Origin: Escherichia virus TH47
DNA length: 64,000 nucleotides
Direction: 5' to 3' (one strand)
Sequence record: MT446416.1
Below the pieces are notes generated by a model, which searched no databases, was not told the origin of the DNA, and worked only from the letters and a program-made list of their open reading frames with translations. Positions 1 to 9,878 of the stretch are shown here, in pieces (positions within the stretch are counted from its first letter, which is position 1; each line of letters opens with the position of its first letter). The position numbers and the translations under genes are program-made.

Positions 1-306
1 TTGGCGGTTAGGTTCTTGAATAGGTGTAATTTCATAATCTGCTTTCACATACACCTTAGTTCCGTGCTTCTCAAGAATTGAGAATGCTGTAGGATCAGGA
101 AAATTCTCACGATAGTATTTGAACGTCACAGTACACCAGTACTTACTAACAATCGGACCTTCTACAAGTTCACCTTCGATGATACCATGATATGCATACA
201 AATCATTATCATCAAAATATTTTTCAACAGCCAGAAGTATATCTAGCATACCGCTGTTATCATACAACTGCTGGACTGCATTATCTGTATAATCTAAATC
301 ATCCAT
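1..306 (-). CDS. hypothetical protein, 3' end beyond window start
   Basis: ATG at 306..304; minus-strand frame stays open to position 1 (MDDLDYTDNAVQQLYD...). No recognisable motif. Confidence 0.3.
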   Translation of the reverse strand, partial: MDDLDYTDNAVQQLYDNSGMLDILLAVEKYFDDNDLYAYHGIIEGELVEGPIVSKYWCTVTFKYYRENFPDPTAFSILEKHGTKVYVKADYEITPIQEPNRQ

Positions 307-365
307 GTTTTATATTATCCTTAAAAAACTAGCACATATAATACTATTTACTACTTTTAAAAAAC

Positions 366-392
366 AATAAAAGGGGATTAAATAATCCCCAT
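366..392 (-). terminator. hairpin terminator downstream of the HAD gene
   Basis: Perfect 7-bp stem ggggatt/aatcccc (373..379 and 384..390), 4-nt loop, followed on the minus strand by a U-run. Confidence 0.45.
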
Positions 393-405
393 TGTTTTTA
401 CTATA

Positions 406-1032
406 TTATTGGTAATATTTCGACAGTACTGAATAGATTTTTAAACGTAGTTCATCCCAGTTGTTAACATAGTCATACCCATAACCATTTTTATACATAT
501 GATTGTGGGACGCTCGCATCATAACTGATGGGATACCCAATTCCATTGATGTTTCAATATTATTGATATAATCATCAATCATCAGTTTTACGTCATATCG
601 TTCTTTTAATTCTACTAGTGCTTCATGCTTAGATTCATTCATTTCAACAATGATGATTTCATCAAAACATGTCTCACCAAATACATGCATAAGATTAGTA
701 TTGCGAAGTACCTCGCTATAACCTTTCTTACCACACTTAGTCAGTACTATGAATTTTTCCTTGTAAAAACGATCACGCAGTTCATGCATAATACTTACAG
801 TGTTAGTTTCTACAGGTTTTAGTAATCCAAACATATACGAACGTTGATTGAATTCAGTAATGATCTCTTGAACTTTTTCTCGTGAAACACCAAACCATTC
901 AGATAAATCGTATGCGAGTGGGTATGGTGTTGTTGGGTTGATATCATATTGGAGTTTTGCGTATTCTCCTAATGAACCAATGTGATCTAGTAGTACTTCA
1001 TCACAGTCGAATACAATACAACGGTCTTTCAT
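406..1032 (-). CDS. HAD-superfamily phosphatase, putative 5'-deoxynucleotidase
   Basis: HAD motif I VFDCDEVLLD (DxDxV), later T/K and DD (MIDDY) motifs. 1-nt overlap with upstream gp44 gene. Confidence 0.5.
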   Translation of the reverse strand: MKDRCIVFDCDEVLLDHIGSLGEYAKLQYDINPTTPYPLAYDLSEWFGVSREKVQEIITEFNQRSYMFGLLKPVETNTVSIMHELRDRFYKEKFIVLTKCGKKGYSEVLRNTNLMHVFGETCFDEIIIVEMNESKHEALVELKERYDVKLMIDDYINNIETSMELGIPSVMMRASHNHMYKNGYGYDYVNNWDELRLKIYSVLSKYYQ

Positions 1033-1985
1033 TACATGTTCCCCGAACAGATTAGGTCAATCTCACACAGTAATGCACTGAGATTCATTTCACGGTCAGA
1101 CACAGTAGCTTGTTTAACAACAGCGTCACGAATCTTAACCTTAATTTTCATTAGAGTAATTTCATCAGTACTGAACATTTCTGCATTACGATACAAATAA
1201 GAGAAGAATGCATCCATCTCATCATCAGGAATGTTTTGTACAATCTGCTCACGCATTTGACGAATGTTACCAGCTTTTAGTGCATCAATGATGGCAGTAC
1301 GATACCCAGCAGAGTTTTCAATACTGTCTTCTAGTTTTACAAGTTTACCATCTACTACTGAACTCTGCAATACGTTTAGCGTTTTGCGGAAATCAGGATA
1401 TGAAGCATTGATGTATTTTTGTACTTGTTCAATACTTTCATCAGTACTTAGATCTACTCCTTCTGCCAATAGTACGTTGTAGATGCGTGACATGAATTGT
1501 TCCATATCATGCTTCTCAATGGTGATGACCTGGACACGAGAGATAATAGGTTTCTGAATCTTATGTGGTTCATTACTGGTGAGAATGAAACGAGCATTTT
1601 CATGGTAATCTTCCATGACACGTTTCAAGCTACCCTGTGCTTTGTGGTTCATTTGTTCCATTTCTTCCAGAACAAATACACGATAACGACCAAAACATGA
1701 TAGTTTTGCTGCTGCATCAATTTTGTCACGAACAGCATCGATACCTTCATCTGACATATTCAGTGTTGTTACATCACTAGGGTCAAGGTGTCCGTTAGCT
1801 TCCAGACCATTCAGTAGTACTTTGATTGCTGAAGTTTTGCCTGTCCCTGCTGGTCCAAAAAATCCAATATGTGGGATATCACCAGTACGAATCCATTCTT
1901 CCATCTTCTGACGTAGGGCTTCGTTCTTAGATACATAATCTTCCATAGTTTGTGGGCGGTATTTTTCAGTCCATAATGTAGTCAT
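1032..1985 (-). CDS. gp44: clamp loader large subunit (T4 gp44-like AAA+ ATPase)
   Basis: EKYRP N-terminal box, Walker A GPAGTGKTS, FPDFRKT motif; length 317 aa matches T4 gp44. Confidence 0.85.
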   Translation of the reverse strand: MTTLWTEKYRPQTMEDYVSKNEALRQKMEEWIRTGDIPHIGFFGPAGTGKTSAIKVLLNGLEANGHLDPSDVTTLNMSDEGIDAVRDKIDAAAKLSCFGRYRVFVLEEMEQMNHKAQGSLKRVMEDYHENARFILTSNEPHKIQKPIISRVQVITIEKHDMEQFMSRIYNVLLAEGVDLSTDESIEQVQKYINASYPDFRKTLNVLQSSVVDGKLVKLEDSIENSAGYRTAIIDALKAGNIRQMREQIVQNIPDDEMDAFFSYLYRNAEMFSTDEITLMKIKVKIRDAVVKQATVSDREMNLSALLCEIDLICSGNM

Positions 1986-2011
1986 GTTTTATTTCCTTGT
2001 ATATTAGGTGT

Positions 2012-2281
2012 TTATGAAATCCAATCTGCATAATCATACAACAATGCAGTGAATAAGTCTTCTGTCATTTCAAGTTGATTAAACAAAAAATTAAATGAGT
2101 TTGCTTTGTTCTTCACTCCCATTGCTTCGGCCTGGGCTGATACGATAAGTAAGTACTTAAACATATCATGAGAAACTTCATATACGTACTTCGTGTTAGT
2201 TCTATCTTCAAACATAAATCGTCCATTTTTAGAAACTAACGTAACGTCAGAAAAACTATATTTTCCATCATCAGTTATCAT
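2012..2281 (-). CDS. hypothetical protein
   Basis: 89-aa ORF in operon context; no motif recognised. Confidence 0.35.
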   Translation of the reverse strand: MITDDGKYSFSDVTLVSKNGRFMFEDRTNTKYVYEVSHDMFKYLLIVSAQAEAMGVKNKANSFNFLFNQLEMTEDLFTALLYDYADWIS

Positions 2282-2337
2282 GTATTTTCATCCAAATAAA
2301 AAGCCCAGATAATATATCCGAGCTTTAGATTTATGTT

Positions 2338-2664
2338 TTAACGACCAAATGTTTGAGCAGAGATGCGTGGATCAGTGTCAGACACCAAACTTACTGCTGC
2401 TGGATAATCCACGAGATTCATTTTAATACCATCAATCTCAATAGTTCTCGACCAACGACCGTGGTCAATTAGAATCCATTGTCCTTCTTTGATATCGGTA
2501 ATGTCTTCACCAACAGAATATACTTTAGCCCAACGGCAACGAATACCACGTATCTTACCATCATCACTTGTCAGTACAATACCACCTGCGGTTTTACGCT
2601 CACCATGTTCTAGTTCAGTTACAATAACTTTACCTTTACAAGCTGTCATTACTTTATTGGTCAT
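2338..2664 (-). CDS. GroES-like co-chaperonin (Cpn10 fold), copy 1
   Basis: KVIVTELEHGERKTAGGIVLT aligns with GroES [20 protein letters not shown]; C-terminal EGQWILIDHG...IEIDG like GroES VGDIVIF...EKIDN. Confidence 0.65.
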   Translation of the reverse strand: MTNKVMTACKGKVIVTELEHGERKTAGGIVLTSDDGKIRGIRCRWAKVYSVGEDITDIKEGQWILIDHGRWSRTIEIDGIKMNLVDYPAAVSLVSDTDPRISAQTFGR

Positions 2665-2667
2665 GAA

Positions 2668-3012
2668 TTACTCCTGATCTTTAGTTTTTGCTCGGCGTGG
2701 AGCTTTCTTCTCTTCAGATACTTCAACTTCTGGTTCTTGTGGTTGAACTTCAAAGCTTTCATCATCCCATACTTCTTCAGTACTATATTCAGTACTGTGA
2801 TGTTGGTGTTCAGGAATGAAATCAGGAATTTGCATTTCACGTTCTTTTTCTTGGATTAGTTCTTCACGGGTTTTAATGACCGTACCACCTGAACCAATCT
2901 TATCACCACGAGCATTTAGGTTTGCATTACCTAGTGCTACTTGGTGCTGGTTTTGATACTTTAGCATATCCATATCAATGGTGGTTCCACGATAAGTTGT
3001 GTGTTTTGACAT
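2668..3012 (-). CDS. hypothetical protein (acidic C-terminus)
   Basis: 114-aa ORF; conserved-looking LGNANLNARGDKIGSGG segment, unassigned. Confidence 0.4.
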   Translation of the reverse strand: MSKHTTYRGTTIDMDMLKYQNQHQVALGNANLNARGDKIGSGGTVIKTREELIQEKEREMQIPDFIPEHQHHSTEYSTEEVWDDESFEVQPQEPEVEVSEEKKAPRRAKTKDQE

Positions 3013-3075
3013 ATAAAAATCCTTTTTCTATGTGAGTGATATAATGCCTCAAACAACATTATATCACATGTTTTT

Positions 3076-3594
3076 CTACCATTTCAAAAATTCATTTACA
3101 TCTAGTTTATACTTCAAAGAATCAACCATATGCAAATCAATCAGGAACAAACAATACGAAGCCACTGAACTGCCACGTCCAAGACCCCAAAAAATATTGT
3201 GCTCTTCCATATAATCAACTAACCAGATCATACATCTTAAAAGCTTAGTCATGTTGTAATGTTCAAACAAATCAATCTCATACATTACACGTTCACGGGC
3301 TTCATCCGATGTACATTTCTGTAAAAAGTACTCACGCAAGTTGATATTATCGTACACTGGATCATAACGCCATAGCTCATGGTTTTTATCATGTTCTATT
3401 GTATAATCCAGCATACGCTGTTCTAAACCAAATTTTTTACAATTATCGTTAAATTTCAATCGTTCCGGTTCATCAATCTCCTGTAGCTGTAAGTACTGAA
3501 TATCTGCACCACAGTTGATTGCATACACGACTGCATTAAGGTTACATTTTACATCACCATTGGGACTTATAAATCTGTTTCCTTGTACTTTCAT
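3076..3594 (-). CDS. hypothetical protein
   Basis: 172-aa ORF; purine-rich AAGAAGAAAAATG start context. Confidence 0.4.
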   Translation of the reverse strand: MKVQGNRFISPNGDVKCNLNAVVYAINCGADIQYLQLQEIDEPERLKFNDNCKKFGLEQRMLDYTIEHDKNHELWRYDPVYDNINLREYFLQKCTSDEARERVMYEIDLFEHYNMTKLLRCMIWLVDYMEEHNIFWGLGRGSSVASYCLFLIDLHMVDSLKYKLDVNEFLKW

Positions 3595-3865
3595 TTTTCT
3601 TCTTCTGATCCTCTTCGTTATCAGTTAAGTAAGAGTTCATGTCAAATACACATGGGTCTTGCTCGTCATAGGAGGTTTTTTCTTTTTGTCCCTGACGAAT
3701 CTCTAATTCAGCATAGCACTGATTCAGAACGGTTTGCATGTTACCAACAATCATATCACTCATACCTGCTGCACGAGCAGACGTAATACGCATCGATTGT
3801 TCGTTAATTTTCAATTGTAACTCTTTCTCGGTCATGGTTGATGGATCAAAAAATGGATTGAACAT
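3554..3865 (-). CDS. hypothetical protein
   Basis: 103-aa ORF; 41-nt overlap with downstream gene; start may be an internal Met. Confidence 0.35.
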   Translation of the reverse strand: MFNPFFDPSTMTEKELQLKINEQSMRITSARAAGMSDMIVGNMQTVLNQCYAELEIRQGQKEKTSYDEQDPCVFDMNSYLTDNEEDQKKKNESTRKQIYKSQW

Positions 3866-3866
3866 A

Positions 3867-6263
3867 TCATCCTCCTAAATTGCTGTTTTGTAATGAAATC
3901 AAAAATGTATCATGAACGTAGTTTTCGAATTCATGTGCAAAGAATCCAAATTCAACTCCTGTGATTTCAAACTCAACACCAACCATCTTACCATGTTCAT
4001 TGTTCTGAAGTAAAGTGTTAAAGAATGCTTCACCCTTCCCTGGTGCACAGTATGCAACTGGAATGATTGGCATGAATTTCTTTTCAACACCATTTTCTTC
4101 GTATGGGTGATTCATGAAGCGAGGAACAGTGTCAAGCATCTCAACAGAAATTCCAGGTATAGCATCTACATACAAACCACGGTTTTGTAAATCAGTTGGG
4201 TCTTTCACAAGGTTAGTTGTGTCTTCGCCAATTGCTGCAAAAATATTTTGACGCAAGCCAAATATTTCACCGAGTGTCCCGTTATCAATTTGCGTGTAAC
4301 TTCTTGGATTCTTAGAAACCGACACCAATGAACCTGCGGGTAAAACTTCACGGTATAATATATCATACTGCAAGTTACCTTGGTTGTCAAGTGCTGACAT
4401 TACTTTATAGTTGCCCATTACCATTCTAAATTTTCCATCAGGAATAGTTGCACCAGTTTGGTTTATGATATTTTCCCTAAGTACTTTTTTAATATCACTC
4501 AACGTAGTGTAAGTATAGTTCTGACTCAAAAAGTTTTCTTTTAATAGAATACGTGGTACTTTTTGTAATCCGTATCTATCATCTGATTGTCGATGGAAAG
4601 CTTGTTTTGTAAATGATGGTGTACTAATACACTTAAACCATTCACGTTCAAAATAAACAGAAGGTACAATATGTGCACTTAAGTAGTTTTGACCAAAACC
4701 ACGTACAATTTTCAGTTTAAATAACTTGGACGCAACACCACCTTCAGTGTCATATGCTTTGATGTTGAATTCTAATTTTATATCATCATTTGCACTGAAA
4801 TCTAAACTTTTTGCATATGCAGTTCCAACCAAGAACCCATCTGCTGTGAGGTCCAAACCATATTTGCGAATATCATCAGGTCCACCATCTAATACATAAG
4901 ATACCTGATTAGTACTGGTAGTTTGTATTTGTGGATAAGTACTGTGACCGAAATATTCACCCACATGAATACTACCTAAATCACTATCAGTTGTGAAGTC
5001 TATTGAGTTTTCTTCTTCTGCGTTCACTAGAACACGGAACATCTTCTCTACACCTATAATATTCTCACCTAAGCTTGAATCATAATATCCTAAATCAATC
5101 CAATCTGAACTTTTAAACACTGGCTTTGTTTCACCTAGATCATATTCACCAGCGATTACATATGGATATACAACGTTATCTTTCAACTGATACAAATGAT
5201 TAGGTAAAGGTTTATCGCCATCAGCGTATATACCATCTACATTGTCTGGACATACCCACATTTGATATGCTTTAAAACGTTGGTTTATAGCGAAGCGATC
5301 AGTATCATAACTATATGTACTCAAAATATCAACAATTTCAACTTTAAAATATGCATCACATGCATCAGAGTCATATAGGAATGTTTGCAGAAATTGTCCA
5401 TTTGGGTTGAAAACCAATCCTGAATCAAGTAACTCACCAGAGCTAGTTTGAATATTAACCTTAATTTCTTTATTAATACCAAATACAGGCCATATATTAT
5501 CAATAGGACGTAGGATTGCATAATCATCCGTGATGTGGCGAGTGGGGACTTCTGCTGGGGTCATATCTAGTAGACGATACGCAGGATAAAATACTCTAGG
5601 AGATAGATCAGTTGATGTATCAGTTCCTAAAATAAATGGGCGGCGACGTCCAAATCCCTGTACAAATAAAGTACTATTAGAACCATATTCAATATCACCA
5701 ATACAATATAATTTATCATCATCACCGATTTCGATTCCAGGAGTAACCCATACTTCCTGACTATCATATTCAATTGTTACTTCATCTGAACCAATTTCAC
5801 CACTAGGAGAAATGTTACCATAGTACATAACATTTACTGCTTGAAGATAGAAGTTAATCTGTTCAGAGTTGTTAAATGTACCATCATCTTTACAATACAA
5901 TTTAATAAAATAAACATCTTCGGTATTAGTGCTTGCCGATAGATCAAATTGAGTTTTATCAATTTTACATTTGTGCTTACCATTAATCAACTTGTTACCA
6001 GTAATACCTGATGATATAGGTATTAGATTAGATTCATCATTACCAACATACACTGCGTAGTGATCTTCTGGTTGAAATACTGCACCGGAACTGTCCAAAC
6101 CCTGAATAGTTAGAATCATCTCTAAGTATTCGTTTTCATTAAGTATGTAACTATCATCCGTTGTGGTTTCTTTATTGATACTCAAACGCACAAGAATGTC
6201 TTGTCCTTCTTGTATATATCGAGCATCGGCTTTTATATCCCATCTAGGGGTAAAAGTTGTCAT
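3867..6263 (-). CDS. large hypothetical protein, probable late (virion) gene
   Basis: About 798 aa from ATG 6263 (GGAG 7 nt upstream); TATAAATA late-type motif 39 nt upstream; hairpin terminator before that. Confidence 0.45.
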   Translation of the reverse strand: MTTFTPRWDIKADARYIQEGQDILVRLSINKETTTDDSYILNENEYLEMILTIQGLDSSGAVFQPEDHYAVYVGNDESNLIPISSGITGNKLINGKHKCKIDKTQFDLSASTNTEDVYFIKLYCKDDGTFNNSEQINFYLQAVNVMYYGNISPSGEIGSDEVTIEYDSQEVWVTPGIEIGDDDKLYCIGDIEYGSNSTLFVQGFGRRRPFILGTDTSTDLSPRVFYPAYRLLDMTPAEVPTRHITDDYAILRPIDNIWPVFGINKEIKVNIQTSSGELLDSGLVFNPNGQFLQTFLYDSDACDAYFKVEIVDILSTYSYDTDRFAINQRFKAYQMWVCPDNVDGIYADGDKPLPNHLYQLKDNVVYPYVIAGEYDLGETKPVFKSSDWIDLGYYDSSLGENIIGVEKMFRVLVNAEEENSIDFTTDSDLGSIHVGEYFGHSTYPQIQTTSTNQVSYVLDGGPDDIRKYGLDLTADGFLVGTAYAKSLDFSANDDIKLEFNIKAYDTEGGVASKLFKLKIVRGFGQNYLSAHIVPSVYFEREWFKCISTPSFTKQAFHRQSDDRYGLQKVPRILLKENFLSQNYTYTTLSDIKKVLRENIINQTGATIPDGKFRMVMGNYKVMSALDNQGNLQYDILYREVLPAGSLVSVSKNPRSYTQIDNGTLGEIFGLRQNIFAAIGEDTTNLVKDPTDLQNRGLYVDAIPGISVEMLDTVPRFMNHPYEENGVEKKFMPIIPVAYCAPGKGEAFFNTLLQNNEHGKMVGVEFEITGVEFGFFAHEFENYVHDTFLISLQNSNLGG

Positions 6264-6301
6264 TATAATTCTCCATAGCCAAGCTACCATTATCTATAGA
6301 T

Positions 6302-6313
6302 TATTTATATAAA
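6302..6313 (-). promoter_or_regulatory. T4-late-type promoter motif (TATAAATAAT on minus strand)
   Basis: Minus-strand TATATAAATAATC; same core as the motif upstream of the major capsid gene. Confidence 0.4.
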
Positions 6314-6319
6314 GGACAA

Positions 6320-6341
6320 GGAAGACCCATAAAGGTCTTCC
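6320..6341 (-). terminator. hairpin terminator after topoisomerase medium-subunit gene
   Basis: Perfect 8-bp stem ggaagacc/ggtcttcc with 6-nt loop; U-rich tract follows on minus strand. Confidence 0.45.
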
Positions 6342-6351
6342 CTGTTTATAA

Positions 6352-7764
6352 TCAATCTTCAGTTTTTGGCGTGAAGTCAATCTTACGTAGTTCTTTCAAC
6401 TCATCTTTATAGATGTTCCAAATCAAATCATGATTCGACAGGAGATTGTTATATTCATCCATTAAATCCAAGTTATGTTGAATATCAGCTAGTACTGATT
6501 GATAATTGTCTTGTGTCCAACGATATGATGGGAAGTTTACGATGCTTTGGATATTCTCATCGGTTGCTTCGATTTCAGTGTTTAATGATTTAACAAACTC
6601 AACCATTTCTGAACGGTTAGCAAAACCCTTAACCTTAGCAATCATATCATTATCAAAACATTCTTTGATTAGAATCTTATAACGTACTTCAGCAGCACAA
6701 TCATCAAGTTTCTTCTCATAGCGTTTCACATAGTATTTGAAACGGAATTCAACAAAGTCCTTAATCAAATCCATAGTGTTGTCGTAGACTTTAACCTTAC
6801 CATTCTCACCTAGAACAGTTAGGATTTGTGTCATTTTCTTATGAATACCAAAGTATTCAATTACGTCTTTCTCCACCCATTTAGCAGATGTTCCGCGTGG
6901 TAATTTGATTGTAATATCAATAACATCAGTACTATCATTATCATAATCACGAATATCACCATCATCGGTCATCTTAATGAGTTTCTCGATGAATTTCTCA
7001 ATACTGTAGTTGGGTGGTAGACCTGTTACTTTAACAGTACTTGCATCAATTACTTGTGCTTTACCATAGAACTCATATTTGTTTTCATCAAGCTTAGTTA
7101 CAATATCACTTGCACCACATGAAACATAGTATGGAGTCATTTCTTTTAATGGTTTTTTATCAATAGCACGAATACAGTTATCAATAATATCTTCAATCTT
7201 ATGTGGCAGAATTGTACTCTTATAACCTACTGACATACTATCATTACCAAACAAAGATAGTGGGATGATAGGTAAAAAGAAACTTGGTTCCATTGTAGTA
7301 CCATCATAGTTCTCTTTCATTGGAATAATGTCAGCGTCACGTAGTACTAACATTTCAGTACTTTTATTCTTTTTGACATAAGTATAACGAGCAGAAGCTG
7401 GAGTACTGTTTACTTGTGTACCAAAACCACCACGTTTACCAATGAGTGGGTAGTTGTTTACCACTGGTGATGCTAGGTTCTGGAGAGTACCAGATGCAGA
7501 TGTATCACCGTGTAGATAGATACCATCACTAATCATTTTACCAGCACATGATACAGTTTTGATTTCACCATTAACTTTTGAGAGGGTGAAGATTGCTTTA
7601 CGCTGTGAACTCTTAAGGCCATCAATCCCAGGGATTGCACGGTCTAATGTGTACATTGAATATTCTAGTGATGTGGTATTCACATAATCAGAACTGTTAT
7701 AATCTAGTAGAGTTAGTGTTTGGTTATCGATGCTTTGATTTTCGGTTTTTTTACTTTTAGCCAT
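6352..7764 (-). CDS. gp52: DNA topoisomerase II medium subunit (T4 gp52-like, GyrA-type)
   Basis: RAIPGIDGLKSSQRKAIF GyrA-type N-terminal motif; 470 aa; adjacent to the gp39-like gene. Confidence 0.7.
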   Translation of the reverse strand: MAKSKKTENQSIDNQTLTLLDYNSSDYVNTTSLEYSMYTLDRAIPGIDGLKSSQRKAIFTLSKVNGEIKTVSCAGKMISDGIYLHGDTSASGTLQNLASPVVNNYPLIGKRGGFGTQVNSTPASARYTYVKKNKSTEMLVLRDADIIPMKENYDGTTMEPSFFLPIIPLSLFGNDSMSVGYKSTILPHKIEDIIDNCIRAIDKKPLKEMTPYYVSCGASDIVTKLDENKYEFYGKAQVIDASTVKVTGLPPNYSIEKFIEKLIKMTDDGDIRDYDNDSTDVIDITIKLPRGTSAKWVEKDVIEYFGIHKKMTQILTVLGENGKVKVYDNTMDLIKDFVEFRFKYYVKRYEKKLDDCAAEVRYKILIKECFDNDMIAKVKGFANRSEMVEFVKSLNTEIEATDENIQSIVNFPSYRWTQDNYQSVLADIQHNLDLMDEYNNLLSNHDLIWNIYKDELKELRKIDFTPKTED

Positions 7765-7814
7765 TCCATTGTCTCTTTGTAAAAGGGGAACACCATGTTC
7801 CCCATTAATCTATA

Positions 7815-9779
7815 TTATTCCATCCAGTTCTTACGATCATCAGCACGTTTCTTGTTGAAAATCAAATCAAGAGTTTCACCAAGGCGACCATCATCAGTAA
7901 TCGCTACTGCAACACTGTTAGTGAATGCATCACGGAAGTTTGCTTTTTCTAAAGTACCCAACCCTTTCGCACGGGTTGCTTTCCAACCTTTCCAATCATC
8001 TGGATTGTATTCATGCACGTCATGACCATAATAGTATTTGGATTCTTTACCTTTCTCTAAAATGATGAATGGTGTTTTGAATACATATACAAATGGATTC
8101 TCAGGGTCTTGGAACAGTTCAGGCCAGAATTTGTATAGGAAGTTACACACTAGAGCACCAATGTTCTTTCCATCCTCATCTTCGTCTGCACAGATATAAA
8201 GCTTACCATAGTTAAGGTCTGCTCGTTCCGCTTTTACACCAGGAATCAGGTTGATACTTGCCATTATATCATGCAATGCCATTGAATCCATTAATTCTTT
8301 GGTTTTCTCATTACCACTGACGTTCATAATCTTACCACGCAATGGTAGGATTCCATGAACTTTAGGGTCACGAGCACTTGCCATGTTTGAAATAGCAGAA
8401 TCACCCTCAGCAATTAGTAGGATGCAGGTGGAACGATCTGTACCAGTACTGTCAAGTAGTTTTGCAACTTTACCTTTCAGTAGTTTCTTGGCTAGGCGAC
8501 GATCTTCTTCTGCATCTTTCTTGTTGGTACGAGCAGCACAGCGTTCAAAAATCTCATCAATCCACTCTTTGTTCTTCTTGACTAATTCATCAAACCACTC
8601 GGAATTCATCGCTTGTTGAATTGGACGAATAACGTTTTCGTTGGTTAGTTTTGATTTAATCTGTGAGTTGAATGATGGTGCTTTCATCGTTGTTACGTTA
8701 TAAATCAACAGACCTTCTTCAATATCAGAACGGTTAGGTTTCATCTTACGTTTCTTTGATTCTTTCTCTAGTGCAGTTCCTACTCCTAATGAGAAGAATT
8801 TCTTGAATGTATCAAGATGTGTACCACCATCAAATGCTGGGGCATTGTTAACCAAACCATGCATATGGAAGTTATTGTTCATACCCGATACTGCATTAGG
8901 AACAATGTAGAAAGTACTGTTAAAGTTGAATGATTCATCTTTAACGTTCAATTGCATCAGTTTAGATGCGTTGAATAGTGCTTTTTCGGTAGTTCCTTTA
9001 ATTGCAATACGCTTACCGTTAAGGAAAATCTTATAGGTAGGGTTAGCAGCAGACATTTCTTTCAAAATACTGTATAGCAATTCGGTTGGTAGTTTACGGT
9101 TCGGAAATACCTCTGAACTCAAAGTGAAGCGAATTGTTGTTCCAGTCTTATCTGCTTGAACCTTACGAATAGTTGGTTCATGTACATGAAGTTCAGGAAA
9201 CATAATAGTTCCTTCTTCGAACTTCTGATTGAACTTATAAAAACCGTCATATCCGTCATTGCTACTTTGTGTTTTATACGGGCGACCTTGGCGATGGATT
9301 TCAAGTTCAGCTTTAGAACTTACAATCATTGCAACTGAACCACCCAAACCATTCTGACCGATTGTTTCATCACGCTTCGAATCATCAAAGTTACGACCAG
9401 TTTTAGTTTCAGTCATTACCATTGTACATAGGTTTTTCTGATACTCAGGAACATAGTCAATTGGAATACCACGACCATTATCACTGATCTCAAAGGATAA
9501 CTCTTCTTCATTGAAATCAACTTTTAGTACTGGCTCTTTTGTACCAGCTTTTTTAAATTCATCTAAGCTGTTATCGATAATTTCACGAGTAGCAGTTAGA
9601 ATTGCAGGAACCCACTCAACGTTTTTAACTTCATATCCAGACTCACCAAAGATCAGTACTTGACTTTCGTGAACAGAACGTGAACCCAGATACATCTCAG
9701 TACGCAAGCGAGCATGTTGATAATCGTTTAGACGTTGTACATCATGTTCCTGAAGAACAGCACTTTCTTTCTTAGCCAT
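7815..9779 (-). CDS. gp39: DNA topoisomerase II large subunit (T4 gp39/gp60-like, GyrB-type)
   Basis: GHKL ATPase motifs (ISDNGRGIP, GLGGSV) and TOPRIM IAEGDSA; 654 aa consistent with a fused gp39+gp60. Confidence 0.85.
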   Translation of the reverse strand: MAKKESAVLQEHDVQRLNDYQHARLRTEMYLGSRSVHESQVLIFGESGYEVKNVEWVPAILTATREIIDNSLDEFKKAGTKEPVLKVDFNEEELSFEISDNGRGIPIDYVPEYQKNLCTMVMTETKTGRNFDDSKRDETIGQNGLGGSVAMIVSSKAELEIHRQGRPYKTQSSNDGYDGFYKFNQKFEEGTIMFPELHVHEPTIRKVQADKTGTTIRFTLSSEVFPNRKLPTELLYSILKEMSAANPTYKIFLNGKRIAIKGTTEKALFNASKLMQLNVKDESFNFNSTFYIVPNAVSGMNNNFHMHGLVNNAPAFDGGTHLDTFKKFFSLGVGTALEKESKKRKMKPNRSDIEEGLLIYNVTTMKAPSFNSQIKSKLTNENVIRPIQQAMNSEWFDELVKKNKEWIDEIFERCAARTNKKDAEEDRRLAKKLLKGKVAKLLDSTGTDRSTCILLIAEGDSAISNMASARDPKVHGILPLRGKIMNVSGNEKTKELMDSMALHDIMASINLIPGVKAERADLNYGKLYICADEDEDGKNIGALVCNFLYKFWPELFQDPENPFVYVFKTPFIILEKGKESKYYYGHDVHEYNPDDWKGWKATRAKGLGTLEKANFRDAFTNSVAVAITDDGRLGETLDLIFNKKRADDRKNWME

Positions 9780-9810
9780 TTGAATTCCTTTTTAATGTCT
9801 CTTTGTCATG

Positions 9811-9846
9811 TAACATTGTATCATCAATGCTTTGTTTGTCTCAAAA
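9811..9846 (-). promoter_or_regulatory. putative sigma70-type promoter upstream of gp39
   Basis: Minus-strand TTGAGA, 18-bp spacer, TGATACAAT extended -10; about 35 nt upstream of ATG. Confidence 0.35.
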
Positions 9847-9851
9847 AAATA

Positions 9852-9872
9852 TCGGGACATTAAATGTCCCGA
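9852..9872. terminator. palindromic hairpin, likely bidirectional terminator
   Basis: Perfect 9-bp stem tcgggacat/atgtcccga with 3-nt loop, flanked by an A-run and a T-rich tract. Confidence 0.45.
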
Positions 9873-9878
9873 CAATTA

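Noticed and set aside
3554-3594. Possible frameshift joining ORFs 3554..3865 and 3076..3594 (41-nt overlap)
   Set aside because: No homology evidence links the two; the downstream ORF has its own ATG in a purine-rich context. Treated as two genes, though the A-run at the overlap means this is not excluded.
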